From Escherichia phage 241Ecol014PP, in sequence record OR062943.1: DNA of 64,000 nucleotides. One strand, 5' to 3'. Under the pieces are notes generated by a model, which had not been told where the DNA came from, made no database searches, and saw only the letters and a list, made by a program, of their open reading frames with translations. How positions within the stretch are numbered: the first letter of the stretch is position 1; the number at the start of each line of letters is the position of its first letter. This document shows, piece after piece, positions 58,801 to 64,000 of the stretch. Position numbers and translations under genes: made by a program.

Positions 58801-61473
58801 GATCTAAGATCGAACATGGATGGAACATCCATATCTATGCAAGTTCCGGTAACAAACGGATACAAGCGTGTTGTGATGATCATTAAGTGCGATCTGATAG
58901 GTAAGCAAGTTCTTGCAGAGAACGGAACTTCCACCCACCTATTTGAGACTGCTCTGCACTATCAGTTTGCTGATTCACCTTTTGCAGGGGATAAGAGAAT
59001 ATCTGACACAGACGCTGTGCGATGCAAGAAATTTATGCTAGGTGGTGGGTGGTGGTGGTATGAATTTGACTTAACAGACAAATTCACCGACACGTCTAAA
59101 GTAGTGACGGGGCTTCGTCTAGACCTTGGCGAAAACATGCACAAAAGTGTTTGTGATGGCACCTACGGTGACCCAACAATCTACTTAAAGTATGTCTCTT
59201 TTGAGCACCCAGAGGATGTTGTTTATGGTCCAAAACTGAGACTGTTTGGCAATTGGATTGCTAAAGACAGGGTAGGTATGGGCAAGAAGGTAAGAGGCTT
59301 CTTAATGGATGCCGGTACAGAGGACATGCTAGTCAATGCAGTGTGGCCTGAATTACCTGGGACTCAGTGGAACAACTCAGCCAAATCTATAAACTGGTTC
59401 AATATCCACAGGGCTATGTGGACAACCAACTGTTACCTGTGGAAAGAGCTGAATGACGGCGCTTTCGGGTTCACAGGCGGCAGAAGAATGGCAATCATTT
59501 GCTGGACAACGTTGCAAAGATGTTATGACCATGACTACGAGATTGGAGGTAGGGCATGGAAAAATATTAGGGATAGAATCATAACCAACTTTGCAGATCC
59601 TAACGGTGGTGGAGCGTATGGCTTCGACTGCAGCAGGCTCATCCATTTGAACGGATCCTCTGCCTACAAGAAAGAAGGTTACTCTGGGTCTATGATAGAA
59701 TGGGGCCTGGTGAAAGATGCTCGCGTGCTGATGGGTCAACAACTTGCTGCTGCAATAGGTCCTAATGCAGTGCAATCTGTTAAACCTGCGTGGTTTGATA
59801 TCCCATTGTGGTCATCCGGTACACCAGGAACTGCTGCAATCAACCCTACCACGGGGGATCTGGAAATCTCTTGGGAGGACTTGAAGCAGGTTGGAGGCTG
59901 GGATAAAACAGGGTATCAGGTCCAGTGGTGGAGGGCTGATGGATCTTTAGCCGCTGATGAGTTTGTTAAGGACAATTTCTACACCATGTCCTCTGCAAAA
60001 GCACAGCAATTATTTGGTCAGGCCACTCCGTCAACGATCACCATGTCTATGTGCTGTAAAGACAACAGGACTGGAGCTTTGGGGCCAAGGGTTGCTAAGG
60101 TTTTCTCAGGTATTAAATGGAATCTCCCTGTTCAAAGTGTTTCATGGAAGCAAATAGGTGATAACAAGCTGCTGGTTACCCCTGCCTGTCAGTTCAACGC
60201 AACTCTTAACGTTGATCCTGCTGTTGCGGCAAACTCAGCTAAAGCTTCTGACTTCTCTGTGTCTAACACTGCTATGGCAGATGTGAGGAAGATTGACACA
60301 CTGAACGCCAGAATTACCTGTAAAAACACTTATGGCACATTCCAAATCATCAACAACTTCACAGATGCTGATTCTAAGGTAGTAAGGACAGCAAGCCAGA
60401 CTCTGAGTTTAGGGACTCTAGCCTATGCGGCCATGATCACCGAACAGTCGGCAACACTCCAAGGAGGCGGTGTAGGCAAGTCCATTGCAACACCTGTGTG
60501 GAAGCCGAATGAGTGGGTTGTGTTTGATTTGACTGTGGACTTCTCCAGTGATAATAACTGGACATGGGTAAGGAATTGTTTGTCACAGTTGATGGGCGGT
60601 CCAAGCTCCATTAGCGATAGTCACGACTCTACTGACCCGAGCGTGTTCCAGGTGGGTAAAACTCACCCAGAGACTGGAGAAACGTTGCCTGACAGGAAGT
60701 ATGCTTTGGTTTGCATCTCTTACGGGAAGGCAGATGTCACCTTCTCAGGGACACACACTTATAACGGAACCTACAACTTCTCAAGGAAGTATAGTCTCAA
60801 AGCAGGGAACATTGTAGACGAGGTTGGTGTGCTGTATAATCCAGGTAACGGCATAGGGATTGTGGGTGGTAAACTGCAGATGCAGGAACCTTCTATTACC
60901 CCTTCCAACGTATCCGGTATTAGAAAGACTTGGGAAAGTAGTAATACCAACATTGCAACAGTGGATGCTGCCACAGGGCTGGTAACATTTAAAGCTACTG
61001 GGAATGTCACCATAAAGTTTGTAGTTACTGATGATGCAGGGCGCAAAACGTCTTCAACATCTTTTACTGTCAAACAGATGGCACCACAGTGGAGAATGTG
61101 GATAGGTACAGCAACAAACGGGGCATACCCTAATCCGGCAGGTACTTCTGGTATGAAGACTTTCTCTACAAGCAAACCGATGGAGTACGGCAGCGGTCCT
61201 AAGGTAGGGCAGATGGTGTACTTTGGTGCGTATATTCCTGAAATTATAGGGCTTCCTAGAAGTCAGCTTCAGTTGCTGTTTGGGGCTGGTGTTGACGATC
61301 TTGCCACTTTCGGGTATAGCGACAACATCGAGGCTGCAAGGAGTTCAGGATGGGTAGGGTTCAGAATGGAGTCTGGAAAGGAAGGCAGGATTCTAGGGAC
61401 AGCCTCTATAGGTGTTATGTTCCCTGGTGACCAGCAGTATCGTCTAGAAGCCTACGCAACCTTTTCTCGTTAA
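55837..61473 (+). CDS. giant virion-associated protein (1878 aa) with Ig-like domain
   Basis: Uninterrupted 5.6-kb ORF; C-terminal segment SNVSGIRKTWESSNTNIATVDAATGLVTFKATGNVTIKFVVTDDAGRKTSSTSFTV resembles a Big_2 domain. Confidence 0.5.
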   Translation: MLPIPLLKLGRHFLDKRGGIKELAVLSYPIDNSDGTSNTVSYVNSLAILFDDGQLNITGYNRFGECRTGDLDTINYPNEAAWNVDHVWRADRAFVIRTFDNQFFYIGCTAGLIGSDAAGGNDVCVREWTPLPEQIVKGLHLDTHPERLIEVMGGINNTVWVIAEAEGTGILNLYGSGNNTYGSLHVDKNQHATPVKIGETSENPETGPWKNPSINCEVHDNSVIFGGPRGFWIAGYDFLRNNSRNDLVWPPVQITRNDLRGIPADEEWKGFMCGPNGAIIATQRMHTPNDQQLVNVFYGQDVWGDDTWRSLNITYTHEVIMARGYGTSGIFFNNGTKQYRGFSRNLCNDIGAQSANNSPRANFIHYQALATAKYVEQRLPVSWTESVYFQGIHREGFLGTFTVVNGKLWWSGIPRGSFAGSNNLFGGRLNSQGFTEVPENWYKNVPVDSWGVDDIFDVNGVSSVSNIYIGDTVKMKLKPQPEGATFIIDKIELVNAAGTVVTDANYQFSTNWNHGGANEVVVTQYNRNVNRRGLYSVKITYHDKHGTGRTHTTRTLNWNTIVPAYPSDGKWHTVGRNKQFHVNDTVYFGLNAAQPAVEGDTSYMVRLHRMDAGSVTYDVTQEIYNQRRNTYDNLVQTQALWEFNPNGRGGKMLQVNEQNGTSLTVHEHPNPWPDPGKPNSGARTLKIVSHDAGYFGIRWEATVRYADGTTNNIGITLGGTSEDNSLKIAYTPRGISIDNMDVVRNGYGDVNVKVTLGEHLGGERIIMYAFDHDPRTNGTYANQAWSYLINAPEPNTKEFYYGMKRDVCKKTGTHDWIAICVKDERTAWDEPVNRWFIGIPTRSDKYVAEYIVCMGGTNLNMCWNEDVNKYSDYDYMRDYSCNLWFNQTTGYPPRQARVNPAIFTDTQVFLTKQANEVQTFKNKYDPNKWFYNCYGAFFWGPGELPGGGSCFEAATYASDRFMGQVKKYKIIPGPETLGNAVDPYIIMSDLRSNMDGTSISMQVPVTNGYKRVVMIIKCDLIGKQVLAENGTSTHLFETALHYQFADSPFAGDKRISDTDAVRCKKFMLGGGWWWYEFDLTDKFTDTSKVVTGLRLDLGENMHKSVCDGTYGDPTIYLKYVSFEHPEDVVYGPKLRLFGNWIAKDRVGMGKKVRGFLMDAGTEDMLVNAVWPELPGTQWNNSAKSINWFNIHRAMWTTNCYLWKELNDGAFGFTGGRRMAIICWTTLQRCYDHDYEIGGRAWKNIRDRIITNFADPNGGGAYGFDCSRLIHLNGSSAYKKEGYSGSMIEWGLVKDARVLMGQQLAAAIGPNAVQSVKPAWFDIPLWSSGTPGTAAINPTTGDLEISWEDLKQVGGWDKTGYQVQWWRADGSLAADEFVKDNFYTMSSAKAQQLFGQATPSTITMSMCCKDNRTGALGPRVAKVFSGIKWNLPVQSVSWKQIGDNKLLVTPACQFNATLNVDPAVAANSAKASDFSVSNTAMADVRKIDTLNARITCKNTYGTFQIINNFTDADSKVVRTASQTLSLGTLAYAAMITEQSATLQGGGVGKSIATPVWKPNEWVVFDLTVDFSSDNNWTWVRNCLSQLMGGPSSISDSHDSTDPSVFQVGKTHPETGETLPDRKYALVCISYGKADVTFSGTHTYNGTYNFSRKYSLKAGNIVDEVGVLYNPGNGIGIVGGKLQMQEPSITPSNVSGIRKTWESSNTNIATVDAATGLVTFKATGNVTIKFVVTDDAGRKTSSTSFTVKQMAPQWRMWIGTATNGAYPNPAGTSGMKTFSTSKPMEYGSGPKVGQMVYFGAYIPEIIGLPRSQLQLLFGAGVDDLATFGYSDNIEAARSSGWVGFRMESGKEGRILGTASIGVMFPGDQQYRLEAYATFSR

Positions 61474-61483
61474 CAAGGGGGTA

Positions 61484-61518
61484 AATAAAAAAGGGGCCGT
61501 TTGGCCCCTTTCTTTTTA
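61484..61518. terminator. bidirectional terminator between convergent gene blocks
   Basis: AAGGGGCC-gttt-GGCCCCTT hairpin flanked by an A-run and a T-run. Confidence 0.7.
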
Positions 61519-61521
61519 TAG

Positions 61522-61722
61522 TTAGTAATACTCCCAACATGCCCCATCTTCAGACGGCTTGACGCGCTTACCTTTATGGTCAACATAGGTATAGCCACAA
61601 CCTTCACAAATAACAGGTGCTGCATAGCCTTCCTTCCACTGATCCTCAGTGATCAGACCTTCCAAATCTTTGCAGTCAAAGCCAAACAACTCTTCAGAAC
61701 AGTCTTTACAAAAATCAGCCAT
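61522..61722 (-). CDS. small Cys-rich zinc-ribbon-like protein (66 aa)
   Basis: CKDC...C......CEGCG pattern; acidic. Confidence 0.4.
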   Translation of the reverse strand: MADFCKDCSEELFGFDCKDLEGLITEDQWKEGYAAPVICEGCGYTYVDHKGKRVKPSEDGACWEYY

Positions 61723-61791
61723 CTCTATCAGTCTCCATATTTAACCAATCTATATTACATATTGCCGAAGAAACAGTATTTCATTTCATCA

Positions 61792-62010
61792 TCACAGATC
61801 TCCAACAACTTCCCAAATACCCCAGTGAGCATCTATATCCTTGATAAAGTATCTTTCTCCACGGTTTGTCCACACACCTATCCCAACTTTACCATCTATC
61901 CCATTGTATACATCTGCCTCATACTCTTTGCCCGGTGTAAAGTGTACACCCATCATAAGGGCTGTTATTCCATTAGGATTTTTAAATTTAACAAATTTTA
62001 CTTTGCTCAT
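61792..62010 (-). CDS. hypothetical protein (72 aa)
   Basis: ORF-track ORF. Confidence 0.35.
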   Translation of the reverse strand: MSKVKFVKFKNPNGITALMMGVHFTPGKEYEADVYNGIDGKVGIGVWTNRGERYFIKDIDAHWGIWEVVGDL

Positions 62011-62011
62011 A

Positions 62012-62341
62012 TTACTTAATCCTTGCAGTTACAGTAGCGCTATACCCCATGTAGTTATGAGACATAAAGAATGTAAGCCCTTTAAGTTCAGGATTCTTTC
62101 TAAGAAATCGTTTCAATTTTCGAATGCAATTAACACCATGATCATAGTTTGAGAAATTAAATTTAATACCCTGCTCCATCATAGTGCACACTTCTTCATG
62201 GGTATGCCATTGTCTATCGTGGTCACAAAACCAGTAACCAATACCTTCTTTTTCTTGGATATGCAATCCCCAAAATACTTTATGCATTGGATATTTTGGT
62301 TTTCTACCATGATAATGTAGTTTAATATTCACATGTGCCAT
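62012..62341 (-). CDS. hypothetical His-rich protein (109 aa)
   Basis: ORF-track ORF; many His/Cys. Confidence 0.35.
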   Translation of the reverse strand: MAHVNIKLHYHGRKPKYPMHKVFWGLHIQEKEGIGYWFCDHDRQWHTHEEVCTMMEQGIKFNFSNYDHGVNCIRKLKRFLRKNPELKGLTFFMSHNYMGYSATVTARIK

Positions 62342-62512
62342 TTTTTTTTGTTACTCCGTTCTGTATCTGTGATAATGAGAATAGCAAACTGGGGTGTGTG
62401 CTGTCAACAACATTTTTAAGCGTTTTGGGGAAGTTTTTTGAAAGGTGGGTGTAATCACAAGAGAGGGTGGAGTTATTGAAGGCACAGGCCTCTTTTGAGG
62501 CCTTAAAATCGA

Positions 62513-62893
62513 TTATGACACTTTGACGTAGCGCTCTGACAGAGCTGGAAAGCCAAAAGCAGTACCTATACTACCGTATGCTACCCACCATTGAAGTTCA
62601 TCGTGACACCATTTTCCGATCAGGAAGGTGCTGGGGTAGCGGGTCAGTATTTTGGCATAAGCTTTAGGGTCTGCATCTTCTGGGATAATGATACTTGGAA
62701 CATCTTTGTTATGGCCACAGCAGCAGTTTAGAGTTTTCAATCCTGCCGCCCATAGACTCATGATAGGCTTAGCCATGCACTTATCAAGGCACACACGTTT
62801 TTTGCCGTCACGGAGCTTTTTAGGCACATCAACGATAACATTTTGATGCTTGGCACCTTTCACTTTCCAATTATAGGATTTACACTTGCACAT
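62513..62893 (-). CDS. hypothetical Cys-rich protein (126 aa)
   Basis: ORF-track ORF; CKCK...C...C...CCCGHN. Confidence 0.35.
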   Translation of the reverse strand: MCKCKSYNWKVKGAKHQNVIVDVPKKLRDGKKRVCLDKCMAKPIMSLWAAGLKTLNCCCGHNKDVPSIIIPEDADPKAYAKILTRYPSTFLIGKWCHDELQWWVAYGSIGTAFGFPALSERYVKVS

Positions 62894-63099
62894 TTAATCA
62901 GTCTCCATCTAGAAAGTAATACTTTACTTAAAATCTTTGTCACCTATTACGATTGCACGAATCCACTCATTGTGATGTTCAATGGCGGTAAGGTGTAACA
63001 TAATGCAGTGATTGTCATTACCAAACACGGTGCGGTAAGCTTTAGCAGCACCATGATATAACTTCCACATCAGGTAATGATATCTTCGCCTCATGGCTC

Positions 63100-63570
63100 T
63101 TACTCCGGTTCAGGATCTGGGTAATCTTCAATAATAAAGGGCCATCCGTTCCGCTTAGCCTCAGACTTATACTCGATCTCCTTCATTGCAAACTCTAACT
63201 GATTCTTAGCCGGAATACATGCCGGAGAATCATCAATCCAGATATCTGGGTAGATATCAAACTGCGCCAGATAGGCTGCCTTCTGAACACCACCAGTATA
63301 AAACACACCAACATCGAGCTCCTTGCGCCAATACTCAATGTCTACATTGTCTTGAGTAATGAATCGGAAAGTTACAAGGTAGACTGTCCACCCCTCATTC
63401 TTTAGATCCCTGATCAGGCGGGAGAAGATGAAAGGGCTCGCATTAAACGTTCCATCAAAGTCAATGGCAATGATGTGCGTGCCGTGGCGAGTCTCATATG
63501 GATTGCTAGTGGTAAGATTGCTGTAGTTAAAAGGAACTTCTTCCCCGCAGTAGCTGTAGTCCATATTCAC
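63100..63570 (-). CDS. HAD-superfamily phosphatase-like protein
   Basis: IAIDFDGTF (DxDGT motif I) and WIDDSP (motif IV-like). Confidence 0.45.
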   Translation of the reverse strand: MNMDYSYCGEEVPFNYSNLTTSNPYETRHGTHIIAIDFDGTFNASPFIFSRLIRDLKNEGWTVYLVTFRFITQDNVDIEYWRKELDVGVFYTGGVQKAAYLAQFDIYPDIWIDDSPACIPAKNQLEFAMKEIEYKSEAKRNGWPFIIEDYPDPEPE

Positions 63571-63842
63571 ACCTTCTCGTTGATAAATTTACGGGCGGTT
63601 TGGTGAGTTGTTTCTGCTGTCTTCAGAATGATATTAATTTTATTGTCAAGATCATTCATCTCTGCAGTTAATTCAGGAATCTCTCCGGCATGCATAGTGA
63701 AATCATACATAGACATTCCCAGAATCTCATTGATGCGGCGGTTGCATTCTGCAGCACGCTGGTTCATTTTCCAAGCTAACACCAAAGCCTCCTGCGTAGC
63801 CTCTAGTGCAAAATCTAATACGTCGGCCTCTTCTTTCGTCAT
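63567..63842 (-). CDS. hypothetical coiled-coil protein (91 aa)
   Basis: Overlaps the HAD gene start by 4 nt. Confidence 0.35.
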   Translation of the reverse strand: MTKEEADVLDFALEATQEALVLAWKMNQRAAECNRRINEILGMSMYDFTMHAGEIPELTAEMNDLDNKINIILKTAETTHQTARKFINEKV

Positions 63843-64000
63843 GTCAGTCTCTCCTGTTGTATTGTTGGTAGGTGTATGAATACCTTATAACTCACCTTTT
63901 TATTCAAACTGCAATAGTAAATCCACCACCGCGCTAGGTCTGTCAACAAATTCCCCTGGCCCACATGCCCATAAAGGGTATCCGTCTACATACCGCCAAA

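Noticed and set aside
1-64000. Integrase, excisionase or attachment site
   Set aside because: None found, so I do not claim a prophage or temperate lifestyle.

Overview
This window looks like most of a tailed dsDNA phage genome (Caudoviricetes); no integrase or attachment site is visible. Everything below is read from the sequence and ORF track by eye, with no database searches run. Layout: (1) 1-8116, a minus-strand early/accessory operon with a T4 RNase H-like 5'-3' exonuclease (partial), two HNH endonucleases, a lambda R-like endolysin, an ATP-dependent DNA ligase, a MazG-like protein, a zinc-less SIR2 (sirtuin) protein and an RNA ligase; (2) 8160-13730, plus-strand kinase and metallophosphoesterase genes, a small DNA-binding protein followed by four phased palindromic iterons and an AT-rich tract, two GC-rich non-coding islands, and a cluster of at least five tRNA genes plus one tRNA gene interrupted by an HNH ORF; (3) 13834-61473, the plus-strand late region: Rz/Rz1-like spanins, a large terminase gene split by a group I intron carrying an HNH endonuclease, portal, head genes, a large tail module (tape measure, lambda J/K-like tip, two paralogous tail-fibre genes with a Tfa chaperone, a 1878-aa giant protein); (4) 61522-63842, a convergent minus-strand block of small genes. 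The most interesting candidate is the early operon that combines RNA-repair enzymes with a zinc-less sirtuin. Sigma70-like promoters (TTGACA-17-TAAAAT, often with a TGn extension) and hairpin/T-run terminators punctuate both early and late regions. Many structural calls rest on size and gene order only and carry low confidence.
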